A DNA stretch of 64,000 nucleotides from an uncultured Nitrososphaerota archaeon. Its GTDB lineage: Archaea > Thermoproteota > Nitrososphaeria > Nitrososphaerales > Nitrosopumilaceae. Location: NCBI GenBank assembly GCA_963824385.1, contig CAWGPD010000002.1, positions 258,420 to 322,419 on the forward strand, written 5' to 3'. The notes beneath the pieces were generated by a model, which did no database searches, had not been told where the DNA came from, and worked only from the letters and a program-made list of their open reading frames with translations. The position numbers were made by a program, and so were the translations under genes. Below, piece after piece: positions 35,097-46,839 of the stretch; positions within the stretch are counted from its first letter, which is position 1, and each line of letters begins with the position of its first letter.

Positions 35097-36490
35097 TTCT
35101 TTCGTGTTATAACAGAATAGGGGCTCAAAAACAATTCTGTTCTTGCCTCAAGACCTGCCTTTGCATTAACTGCAGTCACTGTAATTATCTCTCCTTGAGT
35201 AAATTGTTCCAAAAGCCTTGCCTGTGACCTCCAACCCTTGAGCCAAATCTGTCCTGTATCGTCTTCAATAAATGTCTCAGAAAGCAAGACAGTCTCACCA
35301 GTCTTTGTCTGAATCTCTCTTTTCTCTGGAGACTTTAGAATTATTGCTTCAACACAGTAAAGTGTGTCAGCTGGCTTGATCTCCTTAATCTTTGTTCTAA
35401 TCTCTGATAAAGTTGGAATTTTTTGATCATCAATCTTTCTTACAAATGAATCGCCTTCAAGTGTGATAGAATTTCCATATACCTTGGATGGCATGCATTC
35501 TATGACATCTCCCAAGACTAGATCTTTTGTCAAAGATGCCGTATCAGTAATGCTGACCAGACTCTTGTCATGTCTTGTTCCAAGAATCAACGTATTTCCA
35601 GAATCACTTTTTGTAATAGATAAAATTCTCATAATAATTGGTTGAATCTCTGTTGCTCCCTCTATCTCCAATACTGTTCCTTCATCTCCATGAAGCTCAA
35701 GTCCCATTTGTCCAACCTTTGTCTTTACTCCAATCAGTCTTGTCTTTGCTCCAGATGTGATCATCTTTGGTATGGTTTTTTGATCTACATTCCACAAAAC
35801 TACTCGTACTATTGTTCCATCTTTTCCTTTAAGTCTAAGCTGTACTGACTTGCCAGGCTCTCCCTTGAAATTTGTAAATTCTGTAGCCCTGATATTTCCA
35901 TCAAGGATTCCAGTTACTACAAGATTTTGCTGGTTCTCTTTTACAGTGCTTACATCATCTGTTATTGCATCAAGAGATGGAATATTACTTATAGTTCCAT
36001 TTGACTCAATATTTGAACCAGAGCCTACATTGATTATTGGATTTCCTTTCATATCTGACTTGACATATGCCTTGATTATCTTTACCAAGTCACCTGGTTT
36101 TAGATTCTCAATTCCTGGCAAGTTTGCCTTTTCGTCCCATAGTTTTACCTGAGCTCTAGAATCTCCATCATATACCGTCATTGTACGTAATAGAAACTGG
36201 GTACCATCTTTGCGTGCAAACTGCTTTACTGGATAAACATTCATCACCCTTGTGGCAAGTGTTATCTCCTTTGCTCCAACATAGAGATCTTTAAGACCCA
36301 TCTCTACTTTTAGTGGCTCATTTAATGAAACACCAAGATCAGAGGCTATGAGAAATAGGGCACCTTGGTCTGTTAGATATCCAGCACCGATCTTCTCCTT
36401 TTTTTTCTGGATCATCTCTTCGATCTGTATTCTGGATAGATCGGGTTTTTGTTCCAAGAGTTTGCTTAATAATGAATCAAATTCTGACAA
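35093..36490 (-). CDS. rpa: Multi-OB-fold ssDNA-binding protein (RPA)
   Basis: GYLTDQGALFLIA N-terminus; repeated OB folds (VKLWD, VVLWN, DDTGQIWLKGW). Confidence 0.82.
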   Translation of the reverse strand: MSEFDSLLSKLLEQKPDLSRIQIEEMIQKKKEKIGAGYLTDQGALFLIASDLGVSLNEPLKVEMGLKDLYVGAKEITLATRVMNVYPVKQFARKDGTQFLLRTMTVYDGDSRAQVKLWDEKANLPGIENLKPGDLVKIIKAYVKSDMKGNPIINVGSGSNIESNGTISNIPSLDAITDDVSTVKENQQNLVVTGILDGNIRATEFTNFKGEPGKSVQLRLKGKDGTIVRVVLWNVDQKTIPKMITSGAKTRLIGVKTKVGQMGLELHGDEGTVLEIEGATEIQPIIMRILSITKSDSGNTLILGTRHDKSLVSITDTASLTKDLVLGDVIECMPSKVYGNSITLEGDSFVRKIDDQKIPTLSEIRTKIKEIKPADTLYCVEAIILKSPEKREIQTKTGETVLLSETFIEDDTGQIWLKGWRSQARLLEQFTQGEIITVTAVNAKAGLEARTELFLSPYSVITRKN

Positions 36491-36688
36491 TCAAGTCTTG
36501 ATGGAAAGTGGATCATATAAAAATTGTTTTAGCGATCCGATCTATTTGTAATGTTATGATATTAGTATAATCAAATTCCTTGATCCTCTGAGTAGATGTA
36601 TCAAAGTCAAATCATGATCATTTAGACATGAGAGACAGAATCATAAAATTTCAGTAGACAAATTAGTGGGAAGAAAAGATCGCAGTTA

Positions 36689-37619
36689 TTGTATTGTATA
36701 GAAGCAAGCTTGCTTTCAAAATCATATGGTGATTTTATGGCAGTAGATGGTATAGATCTTAAAGTAGAGCGGGGAAAAATTTTTGGATTTTTGGGACCAA
36801 ATGGTGCTGGAAAGACTACTACCATGAAACTATTGACTACACTAATTCCTCCTACTGGGGGGCAGATGAATATTCTAGGAATTGATGCCATAAAATCACC
36901 ACTTGAGGTAAGGAAAAAGATTGGAGTTGTACTGCAACAGCCAAGCTGACGAGCCAACTCTGAGTGTTGAAAAAGCACTTGAAAAATATGGGATGATGTG
37001 GAATGTTGAAAAAAAGATTCGCAAAGACCGTGTCGAAGAACTTCTTGTTTCATTTGATCTTGTAGACATTAGAAAAAAGAAAAATGATGACCTATCCATT
37101 GGACAGAGACGAAGGGTACAGGTGGCACGGGAATTTATGCATGACATGGAATTGTTATTTTTAGATGAACCAACAGTAGGCCTTGACCCATCTGCAAGAA
37201 GAGGCTTGCTTGATTTTATCAAGGGAAAGGTAAAAGATGGCCTTACAATATTTTTTACTACTCATATATTGGAAGAAGCTGAATATCTCTGTGATGATAT
37301 AGCAATAATTAACAAGGGAAAGATTATTGCAGTTGACACTCCTGGGGAACTTAAAAACAAGTTTGGAAGAGAAAAAACTATTAAAATCCACATATCAGAA
37401 CAAAAAAACATCTCATCTCTTTTGTCTTGTATACCAGACTGTACAATTGAATGTGATTCTGGTGTTATCATTACAGTACGCTCTAGTCAATCAGAACAAG
37501 TTTTACAGGATATATTGAAAATTCTTGCTTCAAATAATATATCAGTAGAAGACCTAAGTGTTGTACCTACTAGCTTGGAGGAGATATTTCTTTCAGTGGT
37601 GAAAAATTCTAATGCATGA
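36689..37619 (+). CDS. ABC exporter ATP-binding subunit (DrrA-like), frameshift near 36945
   Basis: GPNGAGKTT, LSIGQRRR, LFLDEPT, TTH. Confidence 0.9.
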
Positions 37620-38373
37620 AATAATCCGTCTTGTAAACAGGAATCTTACTATTTCACTTAACATGGGATTTGTTATCTGGCAGATTATCTTTCCACTGAT
37701 CTACATCTTTGTAGCAGGGTTTGCATATACTGCACTAATACATCAGGTACCGTTTGGAAACAAGACACTAGATTATCCTGCCTTTATTGCAACAGGGATG
37801 ATTGGGTTCAATATAATGAACAGCACTCTGATATCTGGAATAATAATATGGAACGACAGAAGGCATGGAATGTTTGAGCAGATTCTTGTTGGACCATTTA
37901 CACGGGCCCAGTATATTATATCAAATGTATATACTATTGGAATAATTGGGCTTGTCAGTGCTGCAATGATAACTGCTGTAGGATATCCTCTGTTTTTCAA
38001 GCAGGTAGAGTTTAACATACTTACTATACCTCTTGTAGTATTTGCATCAATTACTGGTTCTATTTTGTTTGGCTCTATTGCGTCTATAATATCAACTAGA
38101 CTAAAATCAAGTGAGGGGTTTAACGTTGTGATAAATACTGCATTTTTGTTCTTTGCATTTGTAAGCACTGCATTTTATCCTGCACAGGGAGCTCCGCCAA
38201 TATTGTCTACTGCATTTTACTTTAATCCACTAACATATCTTGTTGATGTGGTTCGTGCTGGAATATTTGGATACTTTAATGGTCTAGTGGCAACTGAGAT
38301 GACAGTCTTGGGAGTCGGTGCTGTAGTATTGTTTCTAATTGCAACCAAATTGTTATCAAAATTAGAACTGTAA
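37612..38373 (+). CDS. ABC-2 type permease
   Basis: Six hydrophobic helices, NPLTYLVD, overlaps the ATPase gene. Confidence 0.88.
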   Translation: MHEIIRLVNRNLTISLNMGFVIWQIIFPLIYIFVAGFAYTALIHQVPFGNKTLDYPAFIATGMIGFNIMNSTLISGIIIWNDRRHGMFEQILVGPFTRAQYIISNVYTIGIIGLVSAAMITAVGYPLFFKQVEFNILTIPLVVFASITGSILFGSIASIISTRLKSSEGFNVVINTAFLFFAFVSTAFYPAQGAPPILSTAFYFNPLTYLVDVVRAGIFGYFNGLVATEMTVLGVGAVVLFLIATKLLSKLEL

Positions 38374-38411
38374 AATTTACTTTAAATTGGACTTTGACGT
38401 ACTATGATACC

Positions 38412-38678
38412 ATGCAAGTAAAAAGACGTAGCAGTTTCTGGTTTTTGTTACCTATTATATTCAATGTAGCTGGAGGAATAATTGCATTTTTTGTAATAAA
38501 AGAAGATGATCCAAAAAAAGCTAAAAACTGTCTCTATCTTGGATTGATTCTTGCTGCCATACCTATTTTATTGATTATAGTGCCAATCTTGATTGGAATT
38601 ACTTTATTGCCGCATATGGTCCGCCATCATCATCGCCTAATACGCATTACATGTGATGATACAATGGAATCTATGTGA
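38412..38678 (+). CDS. Small membrane protein
   Basis: WFLLPIIFNVAGGIIAFF..DDPKKAKNCLYLG, hydrophobic helices. Confidence 0.6.
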   Translation: MQVKRRSSFWFLLPIIFNVAGGIIAFFVIKEDDPKKAKNCLYLGLILAAIPILLIIVPILIGITLLPHMVRHHHRLIRITCDDTMESM

Positions 38679-38718
38679 AAGTTAACGTTCAAGTAAATTA
38701 AAAACAAAATGAAGCGTA

Positions 38719-38925
38719 ATGAAATATAGAGTTCTTATACAGAAAGATGAAGATGGCACATTTGTAGTCAAGTGTCCATCTTACCAGGGTTGTATCTCGC
38801 AAGGAAAAACACGAGAAGAGCTTTGATTAATATCAAAGATGCGGTAAGTGGATTATTTACAGAGTCTAAAAAACACAACGAGTCCATCCTTACATAGAAG
38901 AAGAAACTGGTCAAAGTATCTAAAA
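38719..38925 (+). pseudogene. HicB-like antitoxin, disrupted or indel-ridden
   Basis: MKYRVLIQKDEDGTFVVKCPS..GCISQGKTREE, then stop; LINIKDAV follows in a shifted frame. Confidence 0.7.
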
Positions 38926-38994
38926 TTCTATCTCATACAACAAAGGTTTCTTACAAAGATGATCTTTATGAATACATAAAGCAATTGTCTTACA

Positions 38995-39408
38995 ATGATA
39001 GAAATTTTCAACTCAGACTTGCTCAAGAATGTGATTAGAGTGAATTATCATATTGTAAAACATAGGGGAGAAAAATTTGGATGTGTTATTGAACGTTTAT
39101 TGGATGTCTTTGATAATGTAAATTCATTTAATGATATTGCTGACCGGAGAGAAAGAATCATTAGGAAATCTGCTCATATTTTAGGTGGACTTGCATGGAC
39201 TCAACCCTTTAGCAATGGAAATAAAAGAACTGCATTATCTGTAACAATTTACTTTCTTCGCAAGAATGGTTATGACATTCCAATAAAAAACAAAAAGAAG
39301 AAAAGGAATTATTTGATTTCTAAGAAAAGACAGTATTCAAATTTGAAGAAGACAAACTATCATATCAGAGGTTGAAGAATATCTTTTGCAGAAAGTAATA
39401 CGGTATGA
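38995..39408 (+). CDS. Fic/Doc-family protein (C-terminus frameshifted near 39290)
   Basis: QPFSNGNKRTA resembles the Fic motif HxFx(D/N)GNxR; followed by FLRKNG. Confidence 0.8.
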
Positions 39409-39555
39409 CTAGTCGAATTTGTCTTCTGCTAATGCTTTGTAAAGTCTAGGGTGCTCGTTTATTATGTTTTGAATCTCTTTTACAAAACCATCTTGGTTGT
39501 TGACTCTTCTAGGATTTACCTTATGATCTTGCTTCTCCTTTAATTCCTGTGTCAT
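39409..39555 (-). CDS. Small hypothetical protein, candidate Doc antitoxin
   Basis: ATG-started 48 aa ending IINEHPRLYKALAEDKFD; abuts the Fic gene. Confidence 0.45.
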   Translation of the reverse strand: MTQELKEKQDHKVNPRRVNNQDGFVKEIQNIINEHPRLYKALAEDKFD

Positions 39556-39609
39556 TTCAACTATAAATAGAATTGGTAGATAATTAAGATTTGGATAATT
39601 AAAAAACAA

Positions 39610-39682
39610 TAGCCCGGCCCAGACTCGAACTGGGGTCAAGGGCTCCAAAGGCCCCTATGCTTGACCGCTACACTACCGGGCT
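39610..39682 (-). tRNA. tRNA-Gln(TTG)
   Basis: Reverse complement AGCCCGGTAGTGTAGCGGTCAAGCATAGGGGC-CTTTGGA-GCCCTTGACCCCAGTTCGAGTCTGGGCCGGGCTA. Confidence 0.95.
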
Positions 39683-40234
39683 TCTTTGGAATCTTCATCT
39701 GTATTCCTTTATAATGTTACTTAAATCAAAATAAGATTATTAGACTTGAAATGATATTTGGGATATGATGTAATCTTTATTATTATCGTAACATGTTTTG
39801 AAATGCATATTATTGTAATCTTGAACATGTTAAAAGATACCGAAATCAATTTTTGTAGTATTTGTTCACTAATTATAGATTACAAGACTTATTGGAGAGT
39901 AGGCAAATTAATTTGAGAGGGCAATTATATGAGATCTTGTCTTAATTGCCAAACAATTATTTGGATAATTAGACTTTATTGTATTATCCCTGATTTGGAG
40001 AATTTTATGGTAACATTGTTTGTATATATAATGTTTACACTAATAAGCGAGAAACAATGAAAAATATTTAGCGATCTAAAAAATAAGAGCAAACTTGTAA
40101 ATTCTTTATACTGGTATAATGAATTATTCATAAAATCATGCCATGACATCAAAATAACATCATTTAGACCCATAAAGTGAACAAATCGTCCATTATACTT
40201 ATATATCAATTTTAGACCAGTTTTGATAATAACT

Positions 40235-43200
40235 ATGTACAACAACATATTACGAAAATTAACTAGTCTAACACTATTAACAATACTTCTAGCGAGCAGT
40301 GCAGTAGTAGGATTGCCAAACGCACTCCCACATGCACAAGCTCAAGCAACAAACGCAAACTTGTTTGTCTCTGCTGAAAATTCCCAGTGGAATAACTACT
40401 TTGCCGGCCCTCAAGTTGTCCAAGTCGTCGTATCTGACCCATCAATAAGTCAGTTAGATCAGGCTTATGGAGAACCTGTAGTAACCGTCAACGGTAAGAG
40501 ATTACACATGGCACAAGGCTCAGACGGAAATTGGTATGCGTACTTTGCAGATAGAAATCAAGCAATTGCTGCAGGTAATACTGCAGAACTTCAAGGTAAA
40601 GGCTTAAACTTTGGTGGATTTTGTGGTCCAACCAGCACCTTAGGTGCTGCACTTGGCGGTATCGTATATACTGATACCAAGGGATTCACCATTGCAAGAG
40701 GTGCATATGGTTCTGAAAACCACACAGGAACAGGTAGAACTCCACTGACAATTACCTCAGGTAATTTACCAGTATGTACCGATAGCCAGCACGCGGCAGC
40801 AGGTAATACAGGTGGTAACCTCAGTCCTAGACAGATGGAATACGTCGTTAGAGAAAATACAACTCTAAGCAACAATATATCTGGCTTTGCTAGTGGCAAG
40901 AACATGACCGAATTTTCAGAAATTTGGCCAGTAATTCAGCTCTATGATTTCTCATCTATCCCAACAGCAGTAACAGTTGATTATGCAAAGAGCGGTGGCG
41001 ATCAAATCGTCAACCTTACCTTTGACAGGATTCCACAGAATCTAATCACAACTACTGTAGATAGAACTGCATATCCAACAAATGCTCAAGTCTTCATTCA
41101 ACTAAACGATCCACAGTTAAACATAGACCCAACACAAGATGATTCGTGGACATTCGGTGCAAATGCTACTAATGCAACAGTGTATTATCAAGCATTTAAC
41201 AGAAACGGCGGAACAGATGCAGACGGTTCACTCGGTATGCAAAATCTCGCCGGTAACCTGACCACATTCATGTTCAACCACAACGGATTGGTAACATTCA
41301 ATCCTGCATCACAAAAAGTCCGAGTGGTTAACTTCCAATCAAACGGAAAACAGGTACTTAACGGTGCTTCAACCAACAAGAGGCGTCCAGCAAATGCTCG
41401 CACAAATCTAATTGGTGTCGGATCACAACCACTGACATTTAACGAGCAAGGTGGAGTAAATACTGGAGTCTTTGGTAACTGGGACGGTGGTAAGAAATCA
41501 CATATTGTAACAGTAAATAATCCAAATATCAGAGGCCAATCTGCAACTGTAAGATACAATGATATCTCTACAAGTATCGTAGGTGGCTTTGTATTTGGTA
41601 CTCTTTCACAGACAGCCGTAAATAATACATGGTCGTCTGGTGTAAGAATTCCGGTTACTTTAACTGACAATAATGATAACAAGAACAGCAAGCTTAGTCT
41701 GCAAATGTTCCTCTGGGATCCAAACATTCAGAAGAACCAGCAATGGTAATTGGAACTCCATTTACATTAACTTCGGCTGGTTACAAGCAACCAATTCCCT
41801 TGGCAATACGCCGGTATTGAGACTGCATCTAGTAGGACATGCAGATTTCCAACAAGAACCGCTGGCAATGGTGGTTAAACAGGGTTGTTTAACTTCACTG
41901 TTTTGCCGGCCCATTCCAGAATGCTACATCGACTAACATCGCAGAAGACGAGCAATTTAGCGCAAGACCAATATTCCAATTCACAAATCAAACAGCGAAT
42001 CAAGATACATACATCAACAACAACTGTGCTTTAGTTGTAGACCTAAAGACAACTACAAATACATTGCTCCAGACCATTAATAATCCGCTTGTACTCATGC
42101 AGCAGGTACTGCATATTTCAAGGGTTTCAATTTCTTCAACTATGATTTGAGATCATTCTCAACTCTAACTGGAGCAAACGGAACGATATCAAAGGTTTCA
42201 ATATACCTAGCATATCTTCCAACTACTGTAAACGCTACATCTCCAACAATAACACATGCAGACGGGACGCCATATACTGGTACCCAACTCATATCTATTG
42301 TTAATGATACCAATTTGGCTGACTTTGTTAACCTAAACGGAACAGGAACAATCGGTAATACCGGTAACCCAACCCCACAGGTTGCAAATGTAACTACTGT
42401 ATCAACAAAGATATTTGGCTTAAATCCAAACAATCCTATAGGATTGGTATTCGAGTTTACAACACCTGGAGCAATATCAGTTCCTAGTTCAGGAGAGCCA
42501 ATCGTTGCAGACTTCTTTAGCGTTGGCCTTATAGGCGACGGTACACAAAATAATCAAAGAATCAACAACGGCATTTACAGGTATCAACTTGAAGAGACTG
42601 CTGCTAATACAGGAGTCTATACAGGAACGAACCAATATGTAATGCTCAACCAGTTGAACATCTTTGATCCAAATACGTACTCAACCTTAAGAACAGTTGA
42701 TCACGATGTATTCTTCCCAGCAATCCAAGACATGCTCCAGGCTCAGGCAAATGCTCCACAGATCACATACTTAGATCTTGGACAGGATGGTGTGAACACA
42801 CAGATATCTACACAAACAGATATCCCAACACACACTGGAGTAGTCTCGTTTGATAGCAAGACATACAAGATAGGCGACACTGTGACAATTACAGTTAATG
42901 ACCAAGACCTTAACACCAACAACGACCTAGTTGTTATCTATACAGCAGTAACACCAAAATTGACACAACTGGCTCAATTATACAAGATGCTAACCAACAA
43001 CAGCAACATGGTAACGTACAAGACCCAGCAGTCGATACAGTCGGCCAAACAGGTCTAGGAACAATTATCTGATGGTCATGCATTTGGCAGACTCTTAGAT
43101 ATACAATTGGGTCAGCAAGATATTAGATGGTCTAATTCCGCATTCTATAGTACACAAACACCAGGCAACACTGCTTCATGCTTTACAAACAGCACAGGAG

Positions 43201-45762
43201 CATTTGTTGATTCTAACACTGGTACAGCTGCTGGATTTGCAACATCGTTATCTGCAACTGGCTTCTCACTAGTTGAGACCAGCGCAGGTTCAGGTATCTT
43301 TACTGGTACCTTTGAAGTTCCAGACCAATTGTGCCAGAGTGGTGCCATAATTTCAACAGTAGGCAAGAACATCAAGGTCAACTATGTTGACTTTAGAGAT
43401 GATTCAGGCAAGTCTGTTGAAGTCTCAGACAACTCAGGTGTACAAGGTAACACAGGTTCCATCAAATTGGACAAGTCAGTATACCCAGTACCATTTGGTT
43501 CTGTATCATCACTTACTTCTCCAGTTGCTGGAACATACACAGGTGACTTTGCTGAAACAGGCACTACCACCATCAGTGAACCAGGTGTATTCCCAATGTA
43601 TCGAGATAATACCCCGTTGACAACTAATGGTAATAATTACGGTCTAGGACCGGGTAATACCTTAGCAAACGGTGATGCTCAAATTCACGTCAGAGTAAAT
43701 GACGCTGACTTTAGCATTGCTGCAACGGGTACTAACAAGATTGCATCAGGAATGAATGACGCGAATCACGGTCCAGTAGCATAGCAGATTACCAGAGGAT
43801 CAGAATCAGTATTATTGGCAACATCCGGAGGTCCAAAAGTATAGTCCGGAACAATCCTTAACCTAAACGGAACCACATTACCTTCAGGTCCTAACCCGAC
43901 CTCGGTAATTGCATATCCAAATAATGTTAACAGTGGAACTTTGTGAGAGATACAGGTCCAATGACCGAAATTTCTCCAGGTGCAGGAATATTCCAAGCGG
44001 ACTTGCCAATCAGATTTACTGACGGTCCACAAGGTACAGACTGTCCTTCAAACATTGTCCAATGGCAACCACAGATGGCACCACAGACACTGGTGAAAAT
44101 GACAGATTCCGTACCTTGCACTCTGTTAATTCCTTAGGGAATTACTGTGTAAGACAAGGTGATGTTCTCACCGTAACCTACACAGACTTGAACGATGCTT
44201 CTGGTAGCACTCAAACTGTCACAGACTCTTCAACATTTGACTTAAGAAACGGTGTACTACAATCAGACAAGTCCGTATACATCATCGGCTCAGACATGAT
44301 TCTCACACTTGTGGAACCAGACTTGGACCTTGATTCACAGACTGCTGAAACAATTCCATTAGATGTAGTCGAGTGGGACTCGCATGCCTTCAAGGGCACA
44401 ATGGGTCCACTCGGTGGCCAGACATCAGCATTTGATGCTCAGCCAGGTACATTTGTGGAAACAGGTAAAGACACAGGTATCTTCCAAGCAGTAATCAAGA
44501 TTCCTGCAGAATTGCAGAATAACTTGCTAGAGCGAGGAGAACAGATCCAATTAGAATATACTGACTGGGGTCCAGCAGGAGCCAAAGTCGTAGGTGCAAA
44601 TAGCCAAGATATTGACTTGACCATCTACACATCAAACTTTGGTGCAACAGTTGAACTCGACCAGAAAGTATACACATGGACTGACCGTGTTTACATTACC
44701 GTAGTCGCACCAGACATGAACTTTGATCCAAACCTTATCGATACCATTGGTACAAACAGTGAAAACACAGTATCTGTTTCAACAAGAGGTAATTCCATCC
44801 CACAATACGAATTAGTGGAGACTGGAGTCGATACAGGTATCTTCACTGGTTACGTCATACTCACAGGTGATCCAAACTTAAAGGGTACACAAGGAGTTGA
44901 CGGAGAAGGCCAAAACCCAACAGGTGCAGGCCCATCAGGAACAGGTCCAACGGACGGTTTCTTACCAGCTGAAAATGATGACGGTGTATCAGTATCTTTT
45001 GAATTCACAAGAGATCAAACAGTTACTGGTTCAGCACTCATCAGATGGAACATTGGAGAAGTCAAGTGGTTAGAAGCATCCTATCCAGCAAATGGACAAG
45101 GAGTATTGCAGATAGTTGACCCAGACATGAACCTTAATCCAAAGGCAGTCGACAAGTTCGACACCAACGTATGGTCTGACTCTGATGCTGGTGGTATAAA
45201 ACTCACCATGACAGAGACAGGTTCTGATACAGGTATCTTCCAAGGTACAGTGTACTTTACCACAGACTTCCAGTCCTCTGGAAATAGACTCCACGTTGCA
45301 GAAGGAGATACAGTTACTGGCGAATATAACGACCAGACTCTTCCAGCCCCATACACACCATCTGATCAAATCAGATTGACAGCGACAACATTCATTGGAA
45401 CAGTAGTGCCACCACTCGAAAGAGCACCGGCATCTAACCCAAGAATAGTTGACTCGTTTGGCAATGCAATCAATGGTACTGTAAAATCAGGACAGCAGAT
45501 ACAAGTTACTGCTGACTTGACAAACGGCCAGGACAGAGACCAACCATTTGCATACCTTGTACAAATACAAGATGCTAACGGCGTAACAGTCTCACTCTCA
45601 TGGATCACAGGTACATTGACTTCAGGTCAATCACTCAATCCGGCACAATCTTGGACTCCATCAGTTACTGGCACATACACTGCTCAAATCTTTGTATGGC
45701 AGAGCATTGATAATCCAAACGCATTGTCACCGCCTTTGAGTACTACAATCACTGTAGCATAG
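40235..45762 (+). CDS. Major S-layer glycoprotein of AOA type (fragmented by many indels and stops)
   Basis: Signal peptide, then NLFVSAENSQWNNYFAGPQVVQVVV; repeated ETG..TGIF.G motifs; C-terminal VPPLERAPASNPRIVD...QPFAYLVQ...NPNALSPP; consecutive ORFs 40223, 42147, 43107, 43943 and 44062 are collinear. Confidence 0.85.
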
Positions 45763-45782
45763 ACTAGTTCACAAACCAAAAC

Positions 45783-45812
45783 TAACTTTCCCTCTTTTTC
45801 CTTTTTATCTTA
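45783..45812 (+). terminator. Pyrimidine/T-rich archaeal terminator after the S-layer gene
   Basis: cttttccctctttttccttttta just downstream of the stop codon. Confidence 0.5.
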
Positions 45813-46043
45813 AAAAAACTCCTAACGAAAGTTATTGAAAAATAAAAATCTTAAATCTGAATTTTGCAACTAAGATTTTTCTACGATCAAAATCTAATAA
45901 ATTATTTAACATACCGCGATCTTTAACAGTAACGATCTTGGAATTTATTTATATTTTACTTTTAATTTTCTTTAAAATACAAATGATCACTGACAATCTA
46001 CAAAAGGCTTAAATAGAAAATTGTTTCATCCTCAAAACAGCAA

Positions 46044-46358
46044 ATGAAGAGAATCATTGTTGTTTCACTGTTTGCATTAATTGCTATATCTTTTGTTCCA
46101 CAGATGATACACTTTGCACATGCACAGTCAAGTCAAGGACAATCAGAAAAACAGTATATTAACCTAAGAGCCGAAGTATGGAACGAATTCTTTAGAATGA
46201 CAACTGCAGCCTTTACAGTTGGTGCAGTAGTATCAGGTACAATGATCTGGCTTGTTTGGAGATTCCGTGAATCTCATCCAAAGAACAAGACTCCTACCAG
46301 ATGGGAAAAACTAGACGATCCAACCACTGGTTCGTATGAAAAAGAGGGTGGCCATTAG
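46044..46358 (+). CDS. Membrane protein ahead of coxB, resembling the N-terminal TM part of oxidase subunit II
   Basis: Signal peptide plus TM helix ending WRFRES; abuts coxB. Confidence 0.6.
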   Translation: MKRIIVVSLFALIAISFVPQMIHFAHAQSSQGQSEKQYINLRAEVWNEFFRMTTAAFTVGAVVSGTMIWLVWRFRESHPKNKTPTRWEKLDDPTTGSYEKEGGH

Positions 46359-46781
46359 ATGGGTCACGATACAGCAGAATGGGTAATGGTTGGAGTAGTT
46401 ATTGCAATTTTATTATACGTAGGTGTTGACTCGTGGGTTGTTCAAAAAGAAGTAGAAGAAGTTCCAGCAGATGCTGAAACCATCAAAGTAACAGGTCAGC
46501 AGTGGTTCTGGAGTTTTGAGCACGAAAACGGAACTAAAGAAATAAGCACACTACATGTTCTGAAAGGACATGCATATAATTTTGAGATATATGGCAAGGA
46601 TGTAATGCACTCTTTTAACATTCCAGATTATGTAGTCTTTGAGGATGTTGTTCCAGGTCATGTAAACCATGCATGGTTTGCACCAGATCAAGTAGGTGAA
46701 TTTCCAATACAATGCAGAGAATATTGCGGTTTATTGCATTACAACATGAGGGGTACACTAGTAGTGGAGAATTCGCCTTGA
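46359..46781 (+). CDS. coxB: Heme-copper oxidase subunit II (CuA)
   Basis: GQQWFW, DVMHSF, CREYCGLLHYNM. Confidence 0.92.
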   Translation: MGHDTAEWVMVGVVIAILLYVGVDSWVVQKEVEEVPADAETIKVTGQQWFWSFEHENGTKEISTLHVLKGHAYNFEIYGKDVMHSFNIPDYVVFEDVVPGHVNHAWFAPDQVGEFPIQCREYCGLLHYNMRGTLVVENSP

Positions 46782-46839
46782 TAATTATCAAAAACATTTT
46801 ATGTATACGAAAGATATCTAGCAAACTAGAGGGATTTAC

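Noticed and set aside
39409..39648. 79-aa version of the small ORF
   Set aside because: Its N-terminus overlaps tRNA-Gln; the ATG at 39555 is the plausible start.
39976..40248. 90-aa minus-strand ORF upstream of the S-layer gene
   Set aside because: Low-complexity AT-rich translation overlapping the S-layer promoter and start; likely spurious.
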